DNA of 34,545 nt from Deltaproteobacteria bacterium (GTDB lineage Bacteria; Desulfobacterota; GWC2-55-46; DRQE01): contig JAGLUZ010000088.1 in NCBI GenBank assembly GCA_023134165.1, positions 1-34,545 of the forward strand, read 5' to 3'. Positions 9,797-17,692 of the stretch are shown piece by piece. Both the position numbers and the translations under genes were made by a program. Within the stretch, counting starts at the first letter, position 1. Each line of letters begins with the position of its first letter. The notes beneath the pieces were generated by a model, which made no database searches, was not told where the DNA came from, and saw only the letters and a list, made by a program, of their open reading frames with translations.

Positions 9797-11005
9797 TTAC
9801 TGATTATGGCAACTATTGCAGGTGTTACGCATCCTGCCTTCTGCTACAACGTAGGCTGGATCTATATTTGCTCTACCAGTATCATCAGTCAAAACAAGCA
9901 TACTGTGGTCAACAAAACCTCCGCCTACATTACCCCCGCCGTGTGCGTAATGGCAAGAGAGACAAAAAGGCTGTTCGTCTCCATCAATTACACTTGGCCT
10001 ATCAAAATCGGCAAAACGAGCCCCTGAGGTAGCAGAGAGGTTGGTGGTCTCAGCATGGCCATTGCCCACAAGTGTGACATCAGCTACGGGATGTCGCCTC
10101 CACGGTGTTCCATTATTATCATCCCCCGCACCAATTCCTGCTAAAGCCGCTCCACCAAAGTTTATAGCGTCACCACCACTGATATTATAAAAATCAGAAT
10201 GGCAACGCGCGCACCACTCGGAAATGCGATTACCCTCCTCATTTGTTGCAATATTGAACTGGACGCTTGGTCTTAGAAAGGCATTAAAAGCAGTTGTATC
10301 ATCTATATTATTTACATCACAAGGAGCAAGCTGACCATCGGAGCAGGTTCCACCTGTATTCATCTCAAAGCTGACTATCACCCCATTTGTTGCATCATTA
10401 TTTGCTGAATTAGCTGGGTCATACAAAAGGTTACGATAATTCGGTGTGCCGTGCTGGGCATGACAATAAGTACAGACAAAGATAGAGCCTTTAGACTCTA
10501 TAACAGAGCCTGCACCACTCCACGGAATTGCGCCATTATAGCCAGGCGGTGGTGTCAATGTAATATCAGTACCGATATTGTGTTTATTTGCAGGGTTATC
10601 AATACCACTATGCATAAAATCCCCAGCCGAACTTACATAACCAAGGGTGTTGTTTGATACGTCCGGTGGTGTTGGGCTGAAGAGATTAGCCGAATTATTT
10701 TCATGGCAATACAAACAAAGGTCTGCGGCATTTGCCATCATCAAAAGTTTTGGAGGAGGTATTGCGGCACCGTCATAAGAGAGATAATTTATACCCCCGC
10801 CCTGCGTACCATGCATTACGTGGCACTGCGCGCAGGCAAGGCCAAATTGAGCAGAGTGATACTGTCCAGCAAAGGACGTGCGACCACCAAGGAGTGAGAA
10901 AAAAACCGCAAAAATAAATACAACAAAAACACGAGAGAAGAAGGATAGGAATATTCCCCCTCGGTTTTGAGTTTTCCTTTTAAATGTGATGACCTTTAAA
11001 GACAA
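9797..11005 (-). CDS. OmcS/OmcT-family hexaheme c-type cytochrome (paralog 2)
   Basis: Signal peptide; six CxxCH (CAQCH, CLYCH, CTYCH, CARCH, CLSCH, CNSCH); OmcS-like landmarks YH..CxxCHVMH, AGDF, HNI, CHAQHG, YRNL, SEWCARCH, RHPV, CLSCHYAH and C-terminal CNxCH; TTG start with SD GGAGG. Confidence 0.88.
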   Translation of the reverse strand: MSLKVITFKRKTQNRGGIFLSFFSRVFVVFIFAVFFSLLGGRTSFAGQYHSAQFGLACAQCHVMHGTQGGGINYLSYDGAAIPPPKLLMMANAADLCLYCHENNSANLFSPTPPDVSNNTLGYVSSAGDFMHSGIDNPANKHNIGTDITLTPPPGYNGAIPWSGAGSVIESKGSIFVCTYCHAQHGTPNYRNLLYDPANSANNDATNGVIVSFEMNTGGTCSDGQLAPCDVNNIDDTTAFNAFLRPSVQFNIATNEEGNRISEWCARCHSDFYNISGGDAINFGGAALAGIGAGDDNNGTPWRRHPVADVTLVGNGHAETTNLSATSGARFADFDRPSVIDGDEQPFCLSCHYAHGGGNVGGGFVDHSMLVLTDDTGRANIDPAYVVAEGRMRNTCNSCHNQ

Positions 11006-11062
11006 ATTAATTCCTCCAAAAAAGGCATCCTCACCTTAAAATTATATATAATTATTGGGTTT

Positions 11063-12064
11063 TTATTTGTAGACTTTTATTGAACGAGCACGCTTACTAA
11101 GTAAGTATACCATGCCTTTTACGTCAAAGTCAACATCACGAGGGGCAGAAACTCTCTCCCTTTGGGTAGGTGCTCTACCAAGGACACCGAGCAGTTCTCC
11201 GCCGCTACTTAAGATCTGAATTCCCTTGAATCTATCAATAACCCAAAGTCTTCCATGGGAATCTATTTTACCTGCTATTGGCGTGACAAGAATAGCCCCT
11301 CTTCCAGTCTCACTCTCAACCAAATTCGATACGAACTCCCCTGAGGTTGAAAAGACGCGAACTTTATAGTCTTCCCTAAGAGGCGTAAGGAGGTAAACCC
11401 TACCCCCTCCGACAGCAACCCCTGAGAGGGAAGCAAACCGAGGGCCAATTATTTTGGAGAATTTATCTTCCGTGTCCAAGACAACGCACTGCCGAGTAGA
11501 TTTATTTACGATATAAATATTTCCGTCCTCATCGATATCCATATCAGCTGGCATGAACGGAGTGTCCTCTGGGGCAAGCCTAGCAATTGTTTTTCCTTTA
11601 TAATCCAAGACCTGAACATAATCTACACCATCCTGTGTGATGTAAATTTTTCCTTCCCTGACGATCATATCAATTGCTTCACCAAGCATTGCACCCTTGC
11701 CAATGCGCGCGACTGGGCGAGCCTCAAGGTCAAAGATAAATATCTCGCCGTAATAAGAATCAACAACATAAATCTCTTGGTGGCGATTATCAACAAAGAT
11801 TGCCTGAGGTTTTTTAAAGGGGAGCTTAAAGTAGGAATTTATCTCAAACTTAAACCTTGGCTCAAGTATGGGCGGGGTCATCTTGATTTTGGGGGCTATT
11901 GGTTCTGCTTTTTTTTGAGGGATATTATCTATAATATCTGGCTCAAAGGGAAGCGGAAGAGGAACAAGAGCTGGGGTTGTGGTCGGTGAGAAAAACAAAA
12001 CAAGGGCGAGAACCAAACTCGCCCCAAAAGTTGCTAAGAGATATTTGCTGGTTGTTTTACCCAA
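11063..12064 (-). CDS. Exported NHL-repeat six-bladed beta-propeller
   Basis: NHL repeats (KPQAIFVD..EIYVVDS, PADMDIDEDGNIYIV, IDSHGRLWVID, PRDVDFD); hydrophobic N-terminal segment. The likely start is TTG 12064, just after the upstream stop, rather than 12154. Confidence 0.8.
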   Translation of the reverse strand: MGKTTSKYLLATFGASLVLALVLFFSPTTTPALVPLPLPFEPDIIDNIPQKKAEPIAPKIKMTPPILEPRFKFEINSYFKLPFKKPQAIFVDNRHQEIYVVDSYYGEIFIFDLEARPVARIGKGAMLGEAIDMIVREGKIYITQDGVDYVQVLDYKGKTIARLAPEDTPFMPADMDIDEDGNIYIVNKSTRQCVVLDTEDKFSKIIGPRFASLSGVAVGGGRVYLLTPLREDYKVRVFSTSGEFVSNLVESETGRGAILVTPIAGKIDSHGRLWVIDRFKGIQILSSGGELLGVLGRAPTQRERVSAPRDVDFDVKGMVYLLSKRARSIKVYK

Positions 12065-12065
12065 A

Positions 12066-13484
12066 TTACTTGACGACCATAAAGTCGACACGTCTTGACA
12101 TACCCATACCTTCTTCGCCCATGCCCTCAATGCCGACCTCGCCGAACGGAACAACGATTAGCCTGTCTGGGTCAACGCCCTTCATGGCGAGGTACCCCAT
12201 GACGGCCTGAGCTCGTTTCTTTGAGAGAGCCATATTTTGCGCATCTGTGCCGGTAGGGTCAGCGTAGCCACGGATGTTTATTGTCTCTTTTGAGTTTCTA
12301 AAGAGCCACTTGGCGTTTTTGGTGAGAGCCGACCTTGCATCGTCGCTTAGGAGGAAACTATTAATCTCAAAATATACAGGTAAGAGACGCCCCTCTTCAC
12401 GGACAATTATCTCGACCTCATCCTCTTCTATGGGGATGATTACCTCTGGCTCTTCTGGTTCTTCTACTTTTGCTACAACAATCTGTGGCTTTGGCCGTGG
12501 CATGGTTGGTGGTACGTATTCTTGACCTTCGATTAATTCAAAGACCTTTATCTTACCAGATGTATCTGAGACGTAAATCCTACCAGTGTCATCGACAGTA
12601 ACTTTATAAGGTACTGTCATATCACGAGAATACCCAAATTCAAATAAAGGTAGCCCCTCTCTATTAAAGACAATTACACATTCCCTACGAAAATCAGGGA
12701 CAAAAATTCGTCCCTTTAATGTGTCAATGGCAATATCTACTGGTTGACTAAAGCCACCAAAGAGGCCAGACATAGTCCCAAATCTGCGTACTCCCTTGCC
12801 TGTGACTTTATCTAAAACAACAACTGAGAATGATGGTGTATCAAGGGCATAAACATAATCTCCATCAACTGTCAAACGTGCATTCCGAACAATATCCTCA
12901 CCTAGGAACTTTATAAATTCGTTCTTGGATAAATCAAAGACCGCAACCTTCCCATAAAAACCGATATAAAGCACCTCTCCTTCTAGGGTCACACTCTGTA
13001 TAACAAGTTCACCTATTCCTGGAATAGTAGAAAGGTCGAGTTCCTCAACAAACTTACCACTATAGTCTAATACAATAATTTTTTTTGCTTCAGATAAATA
13101 TAGATTACCGTCAGTGGCTACGGAGATAGTTAAAGGAGCCTTAATACGTGCATTACTATAATCTGTTGAATAAAGAAAAGATCCTTCCAAATTCATTATG
13201 ACAATTCTATTATTAAAAGAATCTAAGACAAATATCTCATTATGTTTTTCATCGACAAAAAAATCAGAGATCATACCAAAGCTACTTCCACTAACAATTG
13301 GATCAAGAGATTTTAGAAACTTAAGCCTAAGGTTCTTGTTCCAAGGCTCAATCTCAGACCAAGCATTTTGAGAAAACAGGAAGGGAGATAAAAAAGATAG
13401 TAAAACAACAACCACTGCAATTCTTAATGGTTGTTCTCCTCTACTGTTGTGTTTATTTAAAATTTTCAATAGAATATTTTTCAT
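12066..13484 (-). CDS. NHL-repeat beta-propeller fused to a C-terminal OmpA/Pal-like peptidoglycan-binding domain
   Basis: Signal peptide; NHL repeats (IFVLDSFNNRI, FSQPVDIAID, PYKVTVDDTGRIYVSD); Pro/Glu linker; OmpA_C motifs VYFEINS, IRGYADPTGTDAQNMALSKKRAQAV, PFGE and RRVDF. ATG 13484 is preferred to 13547. Confidence 0.88.
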   Translation of the reverse strand: MKNILLKILNKHNSRGEQPLRIAVVVVLLSFLSPFLFSQNAWSEIEPWNKNLRLKFLKSLDPIVSGSSFGMISDFFVDEKHNEIFVLDSFNNRIVIMNLEGSFLYSTDYSNARIKAPLTISVATDGNLYLSEAKKIIVLDYSGKFVEELDLSTIPGIGELVIQSVTLEGEVLYIGFYGKVAVFDLSKNEFIKFLGEDIVRNARLTVDGDYVYALDTPSFSVVVLDKVTGKGVRRFGTMSGLFGGFSQPVDIAIDTLKGRIFVPDFRRECVIVFNREGLPLFEFGYSRDMTVPYKVTVDDTGRIYVSDTSGKIKVFELIEGQEYVPPTMPRPKPQIVVAKVEEPEEPEVIIPIEEDEVEIIVREEGRLLPVYFEINSFLLSDDARSALTKNAKWLFRNSKETINIRGYADPTGTDAQNMALSKKRAQAVMGYLAMKGVDPDRLIVVPFGEVGIEGMGEEGMGMSRRVDFMVVK

Positions 13485-13565
13485 TTCAAGTATGTTCAAA
13501 ACTAAGGTAAATAAAATATCAAAATGTACTGGAAAATTATATACCAAAACATAAGAAAAAGAAAT

Positions 13566-13602
13566 AAAAAAAGGGAGAGGGTTTTAAAACCCTCTCCCTT
13601 TT
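13566..13602 (-). terminator. Strong intrinsic terminator after the major OmcS-like gene
   Basis: Perfect inverted repeat AAAAGGGAGAGGGTTTT/AAAACCCTCTCCCTTTT (13569-13602) with a T-run on the minus strand. Confidence 0.85.
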
Positions 13603-13636
13603 AAATTATTACTAAATAATATCTAAGGTTCAGATA

Positions 13637-14830
13637 TTACTTATTGTGACATGCGTTACAACCTTGACCAACGGCCATGGCAAGACCAGTCTGGTTACCA
13701 GAAACTACAGCAGTGGTGTAATCCCATCTGAGACCATCAGAGTTTGGTCCACCATGAGCAAAGTGACAGCTCAAGCAGAAGACTTCATCTGTAGCAGGAG
13801 CAGTCTGATCGTAAGCACCAGTACCACCTGCAACACCTGAACCTGTAGCTACAGGTAGATTACCAGTACCTGCACCCCAAGTTGCATAGTTTGTAAGGTC
13901 GATTATAGTGTTTCCTGAACTTGAAGTAGCTGTTCCATCACCTGTTAGCTGAGTTCCAACTGGATGTCTTGTCCAGTCAACACCTGAAGCGTTGTTATCA
14001 ACTATACCGTCATTGTTCTGATCCTCATGCCATGCACCATGACACTGGGTACAGAAGTATGAGAATGATGTTGAATATACATTGTTGTTTAAACCCTGAT
14101 ATACAGGCCAGATGTTACCACCAAGGGCGTTACCTGTTGGAGCAGAGTTATCACCGGCATTAACACCACCAGTATAAGAATCACCTAAGTCGGTAATGAA
14201 CTCAAGTGTATTACCAAGGGTTGTCCAATCTCCAACAGCATTACCCTGTTCAGCTATATTAGCTCTAAGGTTTCTATAGACATTTACAGAAGCTGTTGTT
14301 ACGTTAGTACCATGTGGATCATGACAATTTGTACACTGTAAAGAAGGCATAACTGCAGGAACAGTTGCACCTGGAGGTGTACCAGCAGCGTTTAATGAAT
14401 GACCTGTATCGATTGAGGCTGCACCGTCTGCAACAAAGGTAATACCATTCCAAAGACCAGTACCACTAAAGTCTCCGCCAGCTCCAACAAGACTAAAGTC
14501 TGTTGCACCAAGAGCAAAAGGTGCCGTCTCTAGGTAAACAGATGGAGGAGTTGTTGCAGCAAGAAGTGCGTTATATACTATATCGTTGTTTGATGCTACA
14601 CCTGTATCTGCATGACATGAAAGACAGAAGTCTGATGTTGTACCAGTACCCCTTAAAAGAATTGCAGTTGGTGTACCACCAAGTGTTGCACCACCCTGGC
14701 TGTTATGCATTGTGTGGCATGAACCACAAGCAAGGCCGCCTGAGCCTTTGTGTACGGCCATTGCAGGTGTAGCGATCAAGATAAGACCGGCTACGATTGC
14801 TAGGGCTGTCATTACGAATGTTCTAGTCAT
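13637..14830 (-). CDS. omcS: OmcS-family hexaheme c-type cytochrome, candidate nanowire subunit (paralog 1)
   Basis: ATG 14830 with SD GGAGG; signal peptide ending PAMA; six CxxCH; motifs in the same order as Geobacter OmcS: VH..CGSCHTMHNSQGG, LLRG, CLSCH, GGDF, GHSL, CTNCHDPHG, YRNL, CTQCH, RHPVG, CLSCHFAH, CNACHNK. The gene symbol is a family-level assignment. Confidence 0.9.
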   Translation of the reverse strand: MTRTFVMTALAIVAGLILIATPAMAVHKGSGGLACGSCHTMHNSQGGATLGGTPTAILLRGTGTTSDFCLSCHADTGVASNNDIVYNALLAATTPPSVYLETAPFALGATDFSLVGAGGDFSGTGLWNGITFVADGAASIDTGHSLNAAGTPPGATVPAVMPSLQCTNCHDPHGTNVTTASVNVYRNLRANIAEQGNAVGDWTTLGNTLEFITDLGDSYTGGVNAGDNSAPTGNALGGNIWPVYQGLNNNVYSTSFSYFCTQCHGAWHEDQNNDGIVDNNASGVDWTRHPVGTQLTGDGTATSSSGNTIIDLTNYATWGAGTGNLPVATGSGVAGGTGAYDQTAPATDEVFCLSCHFAHGGPNSDGLRWDYTTAVVSGNQTGLAMAVGQGCNACHNK

Positions 14831-14929
14831 AGTTTCCTCCTGTTTTTTAGTGCGTAAAAGCAAGGCCTTTACGTCACTTGTTTGTTAAAACACTTTTTTT
14901 ATAAAAACATTTTAGTCGGTTTGAGCCAA

Positions 14930-15100
14930 TAAAAAAGCCCCAATATGGTTGTGATGGTTGTTTTGGTCTTTTTGGGTAATACCTTTTGGACAACCTTATA
15001 ACAGGACACCCTAGCATTACTCGCAAACTCCAAACACCCTCGTTCCATATGAGGCACACATAACCTCGTCAGATAGGAACCTTCGTCAGCTCTTATCGTT
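14930..15100 (-). promoter_or_regulatory. Long structured 5' leader of the omcS-like gene (candidate cis-regulatory RNA)
   Basis: About 270 nt between promoter and ATG; two hand-folded hairpins (15042-15080 and 14956-15038) followed by a U-run. Confidence 0.4.
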
Positions 15101-15106
15101 AATTAC

Positions 15107-15135
15107 AAATTAACAGATTTTAATCTTTGTGTCAA
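15107..15135 (-). promoter_or_regulatory. Sigma70-type promoter of the omcS-like gene
   Basis: TTGACA-17 bp-TAATTT with extended -10 TG. Confidence 0.6.
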
Positions 15136-15477
15136 GGGAAAAATAATAAAATTTTTATATAAAAACAATCCTTATTTAATAGACCAGCACCCTTGCAAGT
15201 ATTAAGGAAAGTTAATATTATCACATTTGCAACTCATAAAAAGATAAAAAACTTTTTTGAAATCCTCGGAATATGCACTATATCAGTAATAAAAAAACCC
15301 TGTACGAATTGTGAAGATGTATCAGCATCAGATGGTGTATTCATTATATAGTATAAGGATTGGTTTTGGGGAGAAAATTAAAATAAAGAAGATGCTCTTT
15401 ATACTTGACATTTTTACCAATAGATAAAATAATAAGGACGCACGCAGAAGTTTTAAAAATAAGGGGGAATTTTAATA

Positions 15478-16683
15478 ATGCAAAAAAATAAAGTACGCAA
15501 CATATTGATGGTAATGGTTGCGTTACTATCTCTTACGGCCTTTACGGGAACACTAGCCTCGGAGGCACTCGCAGTGGAGGAGAGTAAGTTTCGTAAGCGG
15601 TTTCAAAAGTATCATAAGGAACATAAATTTAAGCACCAAGTAAAAAACGTAAAAAAGAACAAGAAGAAGATAGTCGCCGAGGTTGAGGCAATCTTTATTG
15701 AGTTTGAGGCCGCAACAGAGGAGCGCGAAAAGCTCTACCTAATAGACCTAGCGATAAATATGGCGAACATGCATATGGAGTGGAACAAAGGGCCAAAAGA
15801 GCTATTAGAGAGAGCAGAGGCACATCGTCAACCAATCTTGAATGATATAAAGGCAAGGAAGAAGGCTGCAAAAGCAAGAAGGAAGGCCGAGAAGACACCT
15901 GGTAACTTTGTCTTAGATGCAAACGGCAAGGAGGCCATGGAAAAGGCCGGGGTTGCCGCAGTCATATACCCTCACTGGGTTCACAGGTCTTTTATGAGAT
16001 GTAAGGTATGCCACGAAGATATATTCCAGATGAAACGCGGGGCAAATGAATTAAACCATAAGAACTTTGATGAAGGAAAGTTCTGTGGTACGTGTCATAA
16101 TGGTGAATTATCCTTTGATACAAAACCAAAAGAGAACTGCGAAAGGTGTCATTCCTTTGGAAGTGTAGAGTCAAAGAAGCTTATGAACCTCAAGTACTAT
16201 GACCAAAAGAAGTTTGAGGAAATAGCAGAGAGACTCGGCACAGAATGGAATCATGACAAGTTACCAAATGGTAAGCTACCACGCACAAAGAAGTTTAAGG
16301 CCATCAACTGGGTTGAATTAGATAACTTAGAGGCATTTAAGCCACTCGTAGCCCTAGAGAAAGGCATGACCGTGGATAGTAAGGAAACAAACGGCGTTAG
16401 AGACACTGACATTCTCTTTAATGTTGATAGTTCCTTCATGAAGGACATTATCTTTAGCCACAAGATACACACGGCACGCCTAAAATGCGCCATGTGTCAT
16501 GATAAGATATTTAAGAAGGAGCTTGGCTCAAGCAAGGTAACGATGCTTCAGATAAAAGAAGGCAGTGCCTGCGGAACATGTCACGGTCGCGTTTCTTTTA
16601 GTAATAAGAACTGCAAGAGATGTCACGCTCAACCAAAAGGAGAGGTTCCTAAAGGCGTATTAATTCGCCCCGCCTCAAATTAG
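15478..16683 (+). CDS. Periplasmic hexaheme cytochrome c with two c7-type triheme domains and a basic helical N-terminal domain
   Basis: Signal peptide ending ALA; YPHWVH..CKVCH..CGTCH..CERCH and FSHKIH..CAMCH..M..CGTCH..CKRCH, the pattern of GSU1996-type c7 domains. Confidence 0.88.
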   Translation: MQKNKVRNILMVMVALLSLTAFTGTLASEALAVEESKFRKRFQKYHKEHKFKHQVKNVKKNKKKIVAEVEAIFIEFEAATEEREKLYLIDLAINMANMHMEWNKGPKELLERAEAHRQPILNDIKARKKAAKARRKAEKTPGNFVLDANGKEAMEKAGVAAVIYPHWVHRSFMRCKVCHEDIFQMKRGANELNHKNFDEGKFCGTCHNGELSFDTKPKENCERCHSFGSVESKKLMNLKYYDQKKFEEIAERLGTEWNHDKLPNGKLPRTKKFKAINWVELDNLEAFKPLVALEKGMTVDSKETNGVRDTDILFNVDSSFMKDIIFSHKIHTARLKCAMCHDKIFKKELGSSKVTMLQIKEGSACGTCHGRVSFSNKNCKRCHAQPKGEVPKGVLIRPASN

Positions 16684-16715
16684 GTTTTTTTAAGGTAAAA
16701 GAATAACAAACATGC

Positions 16716-16752
16716 AAAAGGGGTGAGCAGATTTTCTGCTCACCCCTTTTTT
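16716..16752. terminator. Bidirectional intrinsic terminator between convergent genes
   Basis: AAAAGGGGTGAGCAGA-TTT-TCTGCTCACCCCTTTT(TT). Confidence 0.88.
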
Positions 16753-16830
16753 AATTTTCTTGGAAGTAAAACCCAGCGTCATTTAACAAAACAAACAGTC
16801 AACTAAACCTAGCCCCGTAACTAAGGGCAG

Positions 16831-17679
16831 TTACTCGTACTTGTGTCGTTTCCATTTGTAGGGAAGATCTATAATGGTACCTGCTTCTTTGATGCTCTGA
16901 AATGCCTTTAGAGCGTCACAAAGAATTGTCCTGTGCTGGGGGGCGTTAAAGGGTTCCCCTAAGGGATGCCCCATAGGCCACTGAACAAATAAAGCCCTAG
17001 GTACACCTGTCTTCTCAGTTATATCCCTTACAAAGGTTACCCCAATTGTAGGAATACCTCCCTCTTCAAGTACTCTTTGTACCAATCCAACGGACCGGTT
17101 ACAGGTGATTCAGCCAGGGCTTAGGATAACAACATCGACTTTATCTTCTTTTAGACGACGCAAAACCTTTGGAGCTGATTCATTAATTAATACATCTACT
17201 AAGCCGCCAACGATATGCCCCATAAAACCGTAGTGACTTGTAGCAACCTCACTGATTACCCCCTCACCTGCAAGCTCACGCAGACGCTCTATTGGGAGTA
17301 CGATATTTACGTCTTTATCAGCATCACTGTGGTCGTAATAATCATGGGTAATCTTAAGATTTTTTGTATCTGTACCAGAAGGGATAGCCCTAAAAGTTGC
17401 GTCCCCTTCAGCGTCATACATATCAAATGGCTCATCTGCTGAGAGGTGAACGCCAGCTGTGGTGATAAGAGCTACCTTAAGCTCGCTTAAAGGTTTTTTA
17501 AGTGGCGTCCAGGGTATATTTGAGTCTGTGTCATTTAAATCATTATTATCAGTAGAACTCATTTTCATAGAAGAATCTCCTTTTGGGTTAGAGACAAGAT
17601 GCGGAGCAAGAAAGGCCACAACTGAGGGTAGCCTCGATAGTATTGAAGAGATAAGACGGTTCTTAAACCTTGAACTCAT
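16831..17679 (-). CDS. Selenoprotein of the glycine/sarcosine/betaine/D-proline reductase component B (GrdB/PrdB-like) family, Sec at codon 190
   Basis: Track ORFs 17110..17739 and 16831..17085 are in one frame, joined by ...CCT GGC TGA ATC ACC TGT AAC CGG TCC GTT GGA TTG (PG-U-ITC-NRSVGL). Family motifs VALITTAGVH, DVNIVLPIERLREL, LEEGGIPT, PRALFVQWPMGHPLG. ATG 17679 with SD AGGAG gives 282 aa. Confidence 0.9.
17078..17103 (-). promoter_or_regulatory. Bacterial SECIS element
   Basis: UGU-A-ACCGGUCC-GUU-GGAUUGGU-ACA hairpin; the apical loop begins with GU, 18 nt after the UGA at 17112-17110. Confidence 0.8.
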
Positions 17680-17692
17680 AAGGGAGCTCCTA

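Noticed and set aside
14874-15059. 61-aa ORF in the omcS-like leader as a leader peptide
   Set aside because: No clear SD and no informative composition; the region is better explained as structured RNA
15040-15090. Hammerhead ribozyme suggested by CTGACGA
   Set aside because: No GAAA after the putative stem II and no stem III or cleavage triplet
14831-15100. c-di-GMP-I/GEMM riboswitch
   Set aside because: I could not find the GEMM core (GnAAA...GAAA tetraloop...GnnAAG and receptor); a covariance-model scan would settle it
15209-15226. Rex/CRP/FNR-like site (TGTGA-N6-TAACT on the minus strand) between the divergent cytochrome genes
   Set aside because: Only one good half-site in AT-rich DNA
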